DNA of 64,000 bases from Vicugna vicugna (lineage: Eukaryota): the NCBI GenBank assembly GCA_013265495.1, contig MU058781.1:11451009-11515008 (forward strand), read 5' to 3'. A program made the translations under genes and the position numbers. Below the pieces are notes generated by a model, which was not told the DNA's origin, searched no databases, and worked only from the letters and a program-made list of their open reading frames with translations. Of this stretch, positions 23,161 to 36,460 are shown in pieces; position 1 is the first letter of the stretch; every line of letters starts with the position of its first letter.

Positions 23161-24774
23161 GGTGACTAAAGAGAATGACCACGCCATGACCAGAGCCAGT
23201 CTGAGAAGGGAGATATATTCAAAGTACAGTACCAGTGAAATATCCACGAGTAAATAAGCAGTAAGCAGTGAGGGACTAAAACTTAAGTGAGAAAGTAGCA
23301 CAGACTTTTTTTTAGCACAGAGGTAATGGCTGTAGGGAAGATGATGTGACCTTCAGTGAAAGAATAAAGAGCACAGGGAGCAGCGGACTAGGGAAAAGGG
23401 ATACCCAGTGAAGCGATGGCATGAGGAGTAGAAGGGAATAAAAAAAGAAGGAACTGCTAGCAAACAGAATGGAAGCCAAGGAAGAGAGCATTGGAGGCTG
23501 GGAGTAATTGTTTTTGAAAAAGGCAATAAAGAAGTCAAGAGATGAGGAACCAGAAAAGAATAATGGATTTGGCTAAAAAGAGGTCATGGTTGACCTTTAA
23601 GGGAACAATTTGAGTGTAGCTGTGGGGAAAGAAACTGGATTGCCAAGTATGCAGTGGATGAGAGCATGAACAGAGAGGAAATAGAACCCCAAGGCATACA
23701 TCTTTAAGACGTTAGATTGCCCAAGGGAGAAACAGCATGGTGGGAGTGGGGACTGATCATCCACAGAGACCCGTTGCCTAGTTCAAGATAAAAGGGAGAG
23801 GAACCAATGCAGGAAAAAGAGAGAAAGAAGCCATGCAGAAGCAAAGTCCTCTAGGGTTGCATCAAAAGGGTGGGAGCACTATGGATGAATTTACTTCAGA
23901 AAGGAAGATTAGACTCCCAGGGAGCTAGTAGGGAAGATGGCGGGGAAGACATATGGAAATAAGAATTAGAATAATTGTAGGAGTTTGAGAGTTACTAGGA
24001 AGTCAGTGAATATCCACCCTCTTGAGTTAAGAGGGAGCCTGGAGAGAGAAAGAAATTCTGTTAGGCAGATTATGAATTTAATGGAAGTCAATCAGAAATC
24101 AGTAAAAGATATCAAGCAGTAGTAATACCCAGTGACTAACAGCAGCTTAAGCACTTATAATAATAAGAATTGAAGTCTGTCTGGAGCAGTAACCCATGTA
24201 TGTGACCTCAAGAAGCTCCTTTCCTGAATCATTTTCTGTTATTGCATTGCCATTTCAACATTCTGGAATTCTATGCCACAAGCTAAAGGCCATTTATGTA
24301 ATCCGAAGCCAGGAAGGTTCTCTGCTAGGAGGACTTTTAGTATAAAGTCAACTTTTTTGCTGCAAGTGAAATATCTAAACAGTCTACAAAGACAAATGGT
24401 TAAAAGCTTTGGAGGGGAATATTTTGTAAGTAAGATTAATCATGACCTCTTTGTATTACAGGCCTGAAGGAAGAAATGAAAGTCGGAAGGAACGATATGA
24501 GTCACTCTGCAACTCGGTAGCTGGCCTTCATTCAGCAATGTCATCAGATCTCAGGTTCCTTCACTCTGCTCTGCCAGCCCTTATTCTTGTTGATTCATGA
24601 ACACAAGATGGTTCCTGCAGCTTCCAACATCACAGGTACATTGAAGGGTAGTCAGGGTAAAGGCCTTTATCCTCCTGGGGCTATTCTCATCAGGGGAAAA
24701 AAATTATACATTCCAGTAGCCTCACAGCAGATGTCCCCTTGAATCTCACTGGCCATACAAATGGGTCCTATACA

Positions 24775-25321
24775 TGTGCAGACAAAAAAAAACCTGCCTG
24801 CCATTCCAGTAAACAATGAATATTGCCTGAAATCAAGCCATCAGATGCCACTGCAACCACCCTGATGGTGCACCCTGAGGGGAATTCAGGACGGAGAAAA
24901 ACTGGATACTGGCCCTATAGATAGTTAAGATACGTATCTAAGGAATAATTTCAAAGAGCCCAGACTCCTTCTGCACTGTGCATTGTATGTGTGCATTATG
25001 CATTGACCAAACCTCCTCCATCAGCAGAAACAGCTGCTCAGTTATCAAGAGCAACATTCTCCTAGTACCAACAAGACAACTCCTTAAAATACAACATTCC
25101 TTCTTGATCTTTTAAGGGGCTGCTTAGATCTAGATTGTGTAAACTGTCAATAATACGTCATTTAATGTACAACCCTCTGTCTCAAAAAACTTACGTAACT
25201 GTGCCTTGACTTCTAATGGATGGGAGAGTTCTCAGAGCTTTCTGGGTTAAAATCTTCAGATTTGGCTCAAATAAAATTTTACATTTCTTTCTTAGATCAA
25301 CTGAGTAACTTTTCATCGACA
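24775..25321 (+). mobile_element. Solo ERV LTR
   Basis: TG...CA termini, AATAAA at about 25270, and a 3' half nearly identical to the LTR at 27326-27778. Confidence 0.75.
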
Positions 25322-27325
25322 TCAGGAATATCTGAATACCAGAAAAAAACAGAAAAAGAAAAAAACACATGGGCATCTGATTCCTTGCAGTTCTTTTTCT
25401 TTCCAAATTAGCCAGAAACGCAGGTGGAACTGGTAGACAATAACTTTCTTTTGTTCAAATGACTTCATCTAACTTACTTTGGCCTCAAGAAAGACAGTAT
25501 TTCTGGGTATTCTAGTACCCCCCAAATTAGAGAACTAATATCTGATTGTGATTTAAAGGTTACTTATTTAGAATTGATAACCTGAGCTGAATTTTTAAAC
25601 ACAGATTTTACTTAGCAAATGTCAAAATCTTAATTAACAAGCTTTTTTAACATGTAATTTTCATGATTATAGTGATCATCTGGATAATACTGAGCAAGTC
25701 ATTACCCTTACATCCACTGTTATAAACATCCTCACTCTTTATTTTAGAATAATTTTATGTTTACAGAAGCCACAAAGGTAATACAGAGACTTCCCATATA
25801 ACTCTCACCCAGTTTCCACCAATGTTAATATTTTACATTATCATGATGCAACTGCTAAAATAACATTACTATTAAGTAAGCTCTATGTGACTTTCAGACT
25901 TTACCTGTTCTAGACTTTTAAAAAATATTTCATTTATTTAATTAGATATTCAAGTGTATTTGGCTGAATTTAGTTTTTTAACACTGAGAAAGTTGCCACA
26001 CAGGACAGTAATGGGTAGGCCCTTATGAGATGCCACCCAGACAAGTTGACTAAGATATATTAATTCATCAACACTGTTTGGATGGTTCAGACTACTGATT
26101 CATCTGTCCCCATTTTTCCATCTTGTCCCCAAGGACAACATGATAGGTTTTGCTCATCATTTTGCTGTAATTTCTGTTTTATTCAATCAATTCACCACCA
26201 TAAACCCTCTGGCATTCTCAGTTCCTCTTCAGCAGAAAGACTTTTGTCCTGAGCCTAAATTGTGTCCTGTGGCTATCAGAGAGCCCTGCAGAGGAAGTTA
26301 CAGGAATCTACTAAAAATGAACGGGTACCTGGTTTAGTATCTTATATGTTGTATCTCGCATAGTTCCCTTAAGAACCTTGAAGCAGAGATGGCTGGGCGG
26401 AGGCAGGGCTCCTGAGCAGTCGCTCAGAAGGGCCCTGTGCTCGGTTTGCTGCTCTTCTGTCACCATCTTGAAATTATCTGTTGGCAAGGGAACTTGCATT
26501 TTCATTTTGTATGGGGTCCCACAAATATGCAGCTGATCCTGACCCAGCCCTAATAACTAATGGCACTCATTCCCTCCATGACTTCTAACAAAAACCTTCA
26601 GTTTCTTAAGGGAGAGGATTTAACTTTCAATTTATTCTAGGTTTTAGTTTTTCAAGCACTGTTCATGTAGGCTGTTGCTAATCATTTTGAGGGATGTACC
26701 CTGCCTTTCACCTTTTGTATAAACTTTAAAAAATTCTGAACTCCTAGGAAAACTCTTTGTACTCAACATAGGTTCTTTAGCTGACTCTCTTCTCTCTTCA
26801 TTCGCACTGAGATTATTAATCCAAATTTAGACTGGAGCTTGTTTTTCGAGTTTTCTGAAACACTTTTGGAGTCTTAAATCATGGGATAGATTGGCTTCTT
26901 TCCACTGAATTGTTTTCCAGTCTATTTTCCAGAAGTCTGTTTCACAGCTAACCCATACATTCCCCAAAGAGAAAAAGATGCATTGAGCAAATCTATGACA
27001 CTAATAAGACATCATATTAACCTCCCTCAGTTCTCCTTTCATCTGAGGTCACCTGCCTTAGCTCTTTTCATGAGCCTATTTAGTTGTACCTTGCCTGCCC
27101 CCTAGAATTTCCTTTTCTTTCTCACTCAGGTAGGAAGTAGGTGATTCTTTCACATACCCATTTCAAAAAGATTTATCAAGTCTCTTGGAAGAAAACAGCT
27201 CTTCATGGAATGGTAGAAAGCAACTTTACTATCTCTAAAAGATTATGATTTATCTTCAATTTAGGAATGTGTCAGCTGTCTAGAATAAAGGTCACCAAAA
27301 TCTGGTCCTCAGGCCAATTTAGGCC

Positions 27326-27778
27326 TGTGAAATACAATTTCAGTTTTATGGCAAGACAAGAAAAATTTAAACATAAAAAATTCTTCTCTGCTCTTTGGCC
27401 TCCTCTGTGCATGTGTCTATATTATGCATCAACCAAATCTCTCCCCTCAGCAGGAATTACTGCTCAACCATAAAGACCAACATTCTCCTAGCATCAACAA
27501 GACAACTCCTTAAAAGATAACATTCCTTCTTTATCTTATAAGGGCATCACATGACCCACCGGGATACTGCTTAGATCTGGATTATGTAAACTGTCAATAA
27601 TACGTCATTTGATTTACAGCCCTCTATCAAAAACAATATACCTGTGCCTTGATTTCTAACTGGTGGAACAGTTCTCAAAGCTTTCTAAGATGCTCTTCCC
27701 AGGTTACAATTCTCAGGTTTGGCTCGAATAAAATTTTCCATTTCATTTTTAGATCAACAGATTAATTTTTTGTCAACA
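27326..27778 (+). mobile_element. Solo ERV1-type LTR with a 4-bp TSD, inserted in a hAT MITE
   Basis: TGTGAA...TCAACA termini; TSD GGCC at 27322-27325 and 27779-27782; AATAAA at about 27727. Confidence 0.85.
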
Positions 27779-28464
27779 GGCCCACAGCCTGTTTTTGTTC
27801 TGCCTGAGAACTAAGAATGGTTTTTATATTTTTTAAGGGTTGTAAAAGCAAACAAACAGTATGCAGTAGAGAAAGCCTAAAATATTTACTACCTGGCCCT
27901 TAACAAAAAAAAGTTTCCCAACCCTTGATTTAGAGAACAGTAACAACCTGCTTTCCCTCCCCCACTGAAGTCACAAAATGAGTCTAACTTTAGCAAAAGG
28001 AACTTGTGGTCTTCAACTTCCCCTGGGTCCTTCATCCGGTATTTCCTTTCAGTTCTTACTCACTATCCACGGTAGCCGTTTCAAACTATGTCTCCCACGC
28101 TGAAGAGCATTTCATTGAGCGCTACACTCTTGGCAAGCCCAGAGACCTTTCTGAGGAAAGTAGTCCCAAGCAAAACATTTCCCATGGAAAACATTTGTGG
28201 TTTGTGCCATTTGCCAGAAGCCAACACTGCTGCCCGGCCAGGAGTCAAAGGTAGCCAGGGTGAAGGCAGAACCTCCTCCTCCTTGGGGAGGGTTCGGTGG
28301 AATTCTTCCCAATGGGGATGCTTGTTATAATGAACACTGACCGATCCACCCAATCAAATGCTCTCTTAGTGAGTACAAATGCTTCTGTGAACACAGAAAA
28401 GAGCCTTCAAAAACTCAGATTATTCATCCAATTCTCTGAGGCTTGTTAATCTCTGTTTTAGAAG

Positions 28465-28882
28465 TGATACTGACCAGGGCTCTTGACCCTGTAATCAACA
28501 GAAATTACAGGCCAGACAAGGTTTTTATTGGGACTCGCTCTAGCAAGAGAGTGAAAACAAGTTAACAGGTTCCCTTGCTCGCTCCCTGAGTCAGGGGCAA
28601 GCTGGTCCCTGAAGTGGGGTAAGGGTAGGGGCAGTCCAGGGGTGGTGCCGGAGGGGTAGTTTAGGTGGTCTCCCCACCACCTTGGTGCTGCTGTGTGCAG
28701 AGATCATGCGCAGTCCCCTGCTTTTGTTCCTAGCACCTCATAAGTGGCAGTTAGGTTTTAGTCTTTTGTATCTTATTTATAATTTGCCCCAACTGCATGC
28801 ACACAGTTATTTTTAGTCCCTAATAGTTTCTTTGTATTCTGTTTTTGGAGGAGACGTTTGTCCAGGTGCAAGCACTGCAGCA
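28465..28882 (-). mobile_element. Probable solo ERV LTR
   Basis: TG...CA termini and a reverse AATAAA at about 28523; no clear TSD. Confidence 0.5.
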
Positions 28883-29310
28883 GCCTGTCTCAAAAGTACT
28901 GGGACCCAGAGTGACCGGTCAGGTGCTGAGGTGGTCTCCTATTGCTATTCCTGGATCCTGCACCTCCATGCAACACAATCCTACCTCCTCCTGTGCCTCT
29001 TTCTTGTAATCTGTGCAAGTCTTAATAAATGAACTTTTTGCTACAATCACGACCCAGCATCAGCTTCAGCTTCCCTCACAGCTGGTCTTGCCCCTAGCAC
29101 CTTGCTAAAATTCTTTGACTTTCTTTCTGCCCCAAGGGCAGAATGTCTCAGCCACCTCCCATGGGGGAGGGAGAGGCACAGTTGCCCAGATGCAGGTAGT
29201 GAGAGGTGTGTGCTCTGTGGCTATTTAAAAGCAAGACCCCTTAGTTGGTCTGCTTTTAACCATCCCCATACACTGGCGATGCTATACAATGTCAGGTAAA
29301 ATACTCCTTC

Positions 29311-29822
29311 TGTAATAGGGAAGAACAAATCTGACTCCATATTAGATCTGTTCCTTTGGCTTTTACCCAGTGCTCTGTTTCCTGTGCTTAGTCATGCTGG
29401 TTCTGCACCTTGTAAAGGAATGTTGCCTATAGCCTGAAATACACAGGATAGCCATTCTCAACGCTCTGACCTTTAAGGGTACAACACCTTCCCATTCACG
29501 TAGAGATTAAAAATTGCACGAATAGAAAATAACATTTGTCTTGTTGGAAGTTTACAGGGACACCATGACCTGACCTACATGGATGGCTGCAAGAACAAAG
29601 GATTCTGACACCAAGAAGTTTACAACAACCAACTACACCCCCTCCCCTTTTTTAGTATAAAAGGAGCCTGAATTCTGGCTTGGGTAAGATGGTTCTCCAG
29701 GACATTAGGCTGCCATCTTCTCGGTCTGCTGGCTTTCTGAATAAAGTCGTTTTTCCTTGCCCCAACACCTTGTCTCCTGATTTACTGGCCTATCATAGGG
29801 CAAGCAGAACAAGTCGGTAACA
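29311..29822 (+). mobile_element. Solo ERV1-type LTR with a 4-bp TSD
   Basis: TGTAAT...GGTAACA termini; TSD CTTC at 29307-29310 and 29823-29826; TATAAAA at about 29656 and AATAAA at 29740. Confidence 0.88.
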
Positions 29823-30634
29823 CTTCCAGAAAACAATCTTTTGCTGGTTAGTTGTAAACAATTAAAGCACTTAGTGTTGAGTTTTCGTAATATATGTACA
29901 AGCTTGAAATGAGTACTTCTTTTATTACTCCTTCTTTAATAAACATCATATTCTACCTGGAAGGTAGTTCAGGGAACTCCCAGTTATAGAGTTGGCATCC
30001 AATACACCCAGCCTCAGCTATACACAATTGCTTGGAGAGTCCTGTTTCTAATGGAATCACTGGACTCCCCTTTGAGTACAGTTCCTGTCTCTAGTACCTG
30101 GGGTATTATATTTTTGCTTTTAAACACTAGATCCAAAAACAAAGTCCAGCAATCGTAAAGGCAGAGAAACAGAACTTGAGTTATTTCAATTCTGTCATTG
30201 TATATGTGACTACTTGGAATTTTCATGTGTTTTAAAAGGTAAGATGGTGAATAGTGCAAACTGAAAAGTGTGATGTTTTTGTTTGGTAAGTACAAATTTT
30301 AGTTCATACTTGAAATATTTTACTGGATTTGAGTAAACTCTTTAAAATTGACATTTCTTCTTTTTCAGTTAATTGTTTAACACTGGAGAATGACTCAAGA
30401 GCATATACACAGTGATGCAATTCAGTATTCTTCCCTAAATTGTATCTTTTGCATGCAGTACAAAAATATTAATGCATTACTTTTCCCTTTTTTTGTACTG
30501 TTATTTTTTTATTAAACATTTTTTCTACTTACATATGTATGAAGTTTAATAAGAGAAAATTTTCACTATCTGGCCATTTATTTGCTTCATTTCATGGTTC
30601 CTGAAAATAATGTGTTAAAAATGATCCACTCTAA

Positions 30635-32010
30635 AATGAAAATCAAAACTACAATGAGGTAACATCTCACACTGGTCAGAATGACCATAATCAAAAAATC
30701 TACAAATAATAAATGCTGGAGAGGATCTGAAGAAAAGGGAACCCTCCTACACTATTAGGGGGGATGTAATTTGGTATAGCCACTATGGAGAACAGTATGG
30801 AGGTTCCTTAAGAAACTAAAATTAGAGTTACCATATGATCCAGCAATCCCACTCCTGGGCAAAAAAAGATGAAAACTCTAATTCAAAAAGATGCAAGCAC
30901 CTCCAATATTCACAGCAGCACTATTTGCAGTAGCCAAGACATGGAAGCAACCTAAATGTCCATCAACAGATGAATGGATAAAGATGTGGTTTATATACAA
31001 TGGAATATTAGCCATAAAAAAGAAAGAAAGAATGCCTTTTGCAGCAACATGGATGGACCTAGAGATTATCATACTAAGTCAGACAGAGAACGACAAATAT
31101 CACATGGTATCACAAGTGTAATCTAAAAAAAATGAGACAAATGAATTTATTTACAAAACAGAAACTCACACAGAAAACAAACTTATGCTTACCAAAGGGG
31201 AAAGGGAGAAGGAGGGAGGGATAAATTAGGAGTTTGGGATTAACAGATACACACTACTGTATATAAAATAGATAAACAACAAGGATCTACTGTATAGCAT
31301 AGCAAACTGTATTCAATATCTTATAATAACCTATAATGGAAAATAATCTGAGAAAGTGTATATATATACACACACACATATACATAATTTTACTGTACCT
31401 CTGAAAGTAACACAACATTGTAAACCAACTATACTTCCAAAAAAATCTACTATAAATAAATTGTGGTATATCTCAACAGAGAAATATTCAGCACTGAAAA
31501 GAAATGAGCTATCTAGCCAGAAGACATGGAAGAAACTTAAATGCATATTACTACTTGAAGGAAGCCAATTTGAAAAGGCTACATATTGGATAAGTTCAAC
31601 TATACGACACCTGGAAAAGGCAAAACTACAGAGAGTGTAAAAGGGTCAGTGGTTGCCAGGGGTTGTGAGGTAGAGAAGGCTGAATAGGTGGATGGAGCAC
31701 AAGAGACTTTTAGGGCAGTGAAAAATACTCTCTCTGATATAATGATGTATACATGTCATTGTACATTTGTCCAAACCCATAGGAAGTACAGAACCAAGAG
31801 TGAACCCTAAGGGACAATTGACTTTAGGTGATATAGATGAGTCAGTGTAGGCACATGAATTGTTAACAAATGTACCACTCTGGTGGTGGGTGTTGATAAT
31901 GGAGGAGGCTATACATGTGTAGGGGCAGGGATTATATAGGAAATCTGTATCTTTAGGGCAATTTTGTTGGGAATCTAAGGCTATTCTTTAAAAAAGTAGT
32001 CTTAGAAAAA
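30635..32010 (+). mobile_element. L1 ORF2-end/3'UTR (30635-31445) followed by an older L1M 3' fragment
   Basis: ORF 30891..31121 translates as the L1 ORF2 C-terminus (TAALFAVAKTWKQPKCPSTDEWIK). Confidence 0.9.
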
Positions 32011-32299
32011 TAGAAAGTCCACTCTGGGTGTCTAATACTCACAGGACACCTCTGGGCGACCCTCTTTCACACATTGACACTTGAATTCACACTTGAAGGA
32101 GCACATTCACCTTCCCAGATGCCACACTTGTTCCACAGCTTTATCTGCCGCTCCCTCACTATCTGCAACCTTTCCCAGTCTCCTTTCCAGCAGCACTTAA
32201 ACATGCTCAATCATTTTCCTATTTGGATCTTCCCTTCACTGACAGATTTCTTTAGCGTCTTCTGTACTTGCTGGCTCCTCGGGTTCACCTGCTACTCTA

Positions 32300-33320
32300 T
32301 TCCCAACCCACTGCATTGTGACCACTGTGCCCACCATGCCACCGCATCTTCCCCTACCAACTCTAACAGCAACTTCTTATTGAGACATTAACAATCACTT
32401 CTGACTATTTCTTAAATTACCTGACTTTTGACAGTTGATCAATGCTAAGTTCTTAAAATGTTCGCCTCCAAGATACCACTCTTGCCTGGTTTCTCTTGCC
32501 TCTTGGATTGTTATTTCCCAGCCTTCTTTGGTAACTCTTTTCTCTGTCTATCTTTCAAGTGTCTGAGGTCTTCAGGCTTAGGACTTGAGCCCTCTTATCT
32601 CCCTCTCCACAATCTCCTTAAGTGATCTTATTCACCTTCAGGGGACACCTTGGCTCAAAGAAGTGGAGTGATCTGTCAAAGTAACACTGTGTGATAGCGT
32701 CAGAGTGAGGGTCGTGTTTAACTTAAGTCTGTTGTGTGCTAGACATTGTGTTGGGGACTGGGGATACAGATTCTAATGAGATGCTTTTCCTCCCCTTCCA
32801 ACTTGTGAAACCCGCATAGCCTTTCCTCTCTCTGCCATTCCATCGGCCCCCTGCCTGTCTGGAGTCTACTTATCCTTCAGGTGTCAGTTTAGTTTAGGAT
32901 GCCACTTCAACTGGGAACCTTGTCCTGACTACTCTTAGGACTGACTAGGCTCTTTCCCCCTCCTGTGGGCTTCATAGCACCCTCTCACCCTCTGCTTGCT
33001 CCCTTGCACTTCTCACATTGCCTTGTAATTATCTACTTGTCTCTTCCTACCCTTTGGGGCTCCATTTCTTATAGTTGTAAGATCTTTCCTCCACTTGAGC
33101 TGAGAAGAGCAGAGCAAGCCATGCTACTAGGAGCCTCATCAACTCTTCCATTTTGCCAGAAAGTCCAATTGCCAGGGCAATTGATAATAGTCACATCAAG
33201 GGCAGCAGACTGTGCCTGTGGGCACCATCATATGCCCAATAACTAGCAAAATACCTGGCGTATGGTAATTGCTCAGAAATTGTTTGCCTTATGAAGGATG
33301 AATGAATAAATGAATGAACC
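32300..33320 (+). mobile_element. L2 fragments
   Basis: Pyrimidine-rich L2 ORF2 remnants ending in TGAATGAATAAATGAATGAA. Confidence 0.65.
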
Positions 33321-33672
33321 ACCTGAGTTTATGCTAAATGTTGGAACAGAACTTTGAGAAATGTCGTATTTCCCAGGCAGAGAAAAGATAATAGACTAGG
33401 AGGGTTATTCTGTTTGAAGATAGGTAAAGGGACGAGCAGACCTCTGGAAGTCCCTACCAACCCAGTGATTCTGTATTTGATTTAATATAGCCCTTGTGTG
33501 GGGAAATAGGATCTATTTTTCTTTGTTATAAAAATTCTGAAGAATATTACTTTGCATAGATATTAATGAAAATCTAGTCTGCTCAATGGATGAGAATATC
33601 AATGTAGTGTATAGATTGTTAGATGAATGAGTCTTTCAAATTCAAGTTCTGCTTTTAAATTAGATTAGATAG

Positions 33673-33691
33673 CACTGCCACCTAGTGGGCA
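33673..33691 (-). promoter_or_regulatory. CTCF binding motif
   Basis: CACTGCCACCTAGTGGGCA; the - strand CCACTAGGTGGCAG fits the core CCASYAGRKGGCRS without mismatch. Confidence 0.65.
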
Positions 33692-34059
33692 GTAAAAAAT
33701 TCTTCCTGTAACTATATGCCATGAATACTGTTTGGTAAATTATTGTGAATGAGGTTATTAATACTCTGAAACTGAATCTAAATAGGCTATTTCAGGAAGA
33801 ATTCTTCTGTCCTGGTATTTACTGTGACTCAGGAGATCTGACTGACTGCTTATCATAAGTCAATGAAGATTCCTAATAAGAAAAGTTCAAGATTTCTTTG
33901 AATTTTTTTGTCCTTTGAATACATCTCACTAAAAGAATATAGAGCACTGTGTTCAAAATATACTTGAATTAATCCTTTTCTCTATATGGTTAGATGATCA
34001 ATTTGATGCACAGTTAGGATTAGTTTAGGGTTTGCTTTTGTTCATCCATTTTCATTTAA

Positions 34060-35720
34060 TTCTTTCCAACATTTTATTATAAAATTTTCAAATATATAGT
34101 GAAGCTGAAAAAATATTATAGTGAACACCCGTATACCTACTGCCTAAATTCTACCATGAACACTTTAGCATATTCATTTTTTCACATTCATCTAAATATC
34201 CCTGTATCCATTCACTTTATATTTTTAAACACTTCAAACTAGACTGCAGATACTGGTACATTTGTCACTAAATATTTCAACATCCATATCATTAATAGAA
34301 TTTTTGACTTAAAATTTTTTGCTTTTGTAGAACATTTACAGAGTTCAAAAAGTTTTGAAATATATGCTCAAAAGGCTCATTCTCATCCTGTCCTCCACTC
34401 TATTTTCCATTTTCATTAATTTCTGATTTAGCCTGTTTCTAATAAGCAGATACACACACACACATACATTATTATTTCTTCTTTAAAAACTAGAATGCTA
34501 TATATACTTTCTCACGCTACTCTTTTCATTTAATGATATATCCTAGGAATTTTCCATCTCAGAGATCTTCCTAATATTTTTATTATGGTTTCACAGTACT
34601 ACATGATGCAGAGAAACCATAATTTATTCAACCCATTTCCTATGGATGTGTAGTTAGGTTGTTTCTAATATTTAGGTATTACAAATAATGCTATAGTAAA
34701 AAGCCATGAACACATGTTTTTGTAAGTTTATGGTGATGTATTTTCAGAGTAAATTTCCAGAAGTGGAATTGCTAGGTCAAAAGTCAATGGGCATACACTG
34801 TAGAAATGCATTGTCACATACTGCCAAATTCCAAAGGGCTTTTAACTTCTTTAAGCCCATTAGCCACGTATGAGAATGCTTGTTTTCACCTAGCCTCAAC
34901 TATAGAGTGTTTTACTAGTTTTCTTTTGCTGTGTAGCAAAAGTTGCCACACTGGCTTAAAACGTTAAATGTATTATCTCATAGTTTTTGTTGGTTAGGAA
35001 TCTGAGCACAGCTTAACAGGGTCTTATGCAGCACTAAAGGAGGTGCTGGCCAGACTTTGTTCTCATCTGAGGGCTCAAATGGGGAAGAATCTGGCTCCAA
35101 GTTCATTCAGGTGGTTGGCAGAATTCATTTCTTTGGGGCTGTAAAACTCACAGCAGCTTGCTTCTTTAGGTCCAGTAGGAGAACGTCTACACCCTCAAAA
35201 TAAGGTCTGAGGCCTCTGCTGAAGGGCATCCTACTGGTTAAGTCAGGGCTAAGTCATTCCTCATTTGACTAATTAAAAGCCAACTGGTTTGGGACCTTAC
35301 ATACATTCATACAATCCAACTGCCTTTGCTATCTAACACAACCTACTCAAGGGTATAACTCCAGAGGTCAAACACCACAGGAGGCATTTTAGAGTTTTGC
35401 CTACTATAAGAATGTTAACCTTCTGAATATTTGCTGATCTGATAGGTGAGAAACGGTTTCTCAGTGTTTTAATTTGCATATCTCTTATTATGAGTAAAGT
35501 TGAGTGTTGTTCCATATATTCAAGGACCATTCGTATATTTTTTTTCTGGGAATTGCTTATTCTTGTCTTTCGTCCATTTTTCTACTGAGTTGGTGGCTTT
35601 TTTCTCTCTCAGTGTTTTAGAACTCTTTATAGTTAGAAAAATTAGCCCTTTATCTGTGAAATACATTGCATATATTCTCTCTCAGGTGGTAATTTGTCTT
35701 TTGTCTCTACTTAAGGAAAT
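34060..35720 (-). mobile_element. Old L1M fragments with a nested MLT1 LTR (about 34910-35405)
   Basis: GAAGTGGAATTGCTAGGTCAAA and TTTAATTTGCATATCTCTTATTATGAG (L1); TTCAGGTGGTTGGCAGAATTCATTTC (MLT1). Confidence 0.75.
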
Positions 35721-36246
35721 CACTTGATTTTAAAAATTTGACAATAAATTCAATTTTTTAAGACAATTTTTAGGCCACCACTCTGTAGGCTAAACAAAAC
35801 ACATCTAAAGGTCCACATGCAGCCCACAGGCCACCATCTATGCCATCCTCAATCCTTTAAATTAAATTCTGCACCAAAATCATCTCCTAAAGATCACTGA
35901 CTGTAGCATTTTTAACATTATTTGAGTCACAAATTCCAAAACCTCTATTGGTGATATGTTTCACTATCTCACATCTCTTAGCTGTGTTTATACTATATCC
36001 AACAAATGGTTTGTTAGAAAAATTTAATTGGTACAAATACTTGTGGTTGCCAAGGTTTTTATGGCCACTTTGCAGTATTTCTACCACCTCACCCCTCATT
36101 TTAAGTTAATGTTAAAAATATATGTATATATTACTAAAAGTTTCCAACGTGTATAAAAGTAGAGAAAATAAAATAACAAATCCTCATATACTCAGATACA
36201 CCAACTTCAACAGTTATCAGCACAAGGCCAATCCTACTTTTTATAC

Positions 36247-36460
36247 CAGTGACTCTCAATTGGGTGGGGGTGATTCTGCTCCATGGGGGATATCTGTCAA
36301 TGTCTGTTGACATTTTTGATCATCACAGCTAGGGAGTGCTCCTGGCAGCTAGTGGGTAGAGACCACTGTACACTGCCAAAGAGCATACAAAGCTCAGGGC
36401 AGCCCCCCACAACAAAGAGTTATCCATGATGTCCATGATGCCCATGCTGGAAAAACCTGA
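36247..36460. mobile_element. MER20 hAT element
   Basis: CAGTGACTCTCAATTGGGTGGGGGTGATTCTG...TAGTGGGTAGAGACC...CCCCCACAACAAAGAGTTATCC. Confidence 0.8.

Noticed and set aside
24775..27778. Possible provirus bounded by two similar LTRs
   Set aside because: The second LTR has its own 4-bp TSD inside a MITE, the 5' halves differ, and the 2-kb spacer shows no PBS/gag/pol; these are independent solo LTRs.
30891..31121. 76-aa ORF with protein-like sequence
   Set aside because: It is the degenerate L1 ORF2 C-terminus, not a host gene.
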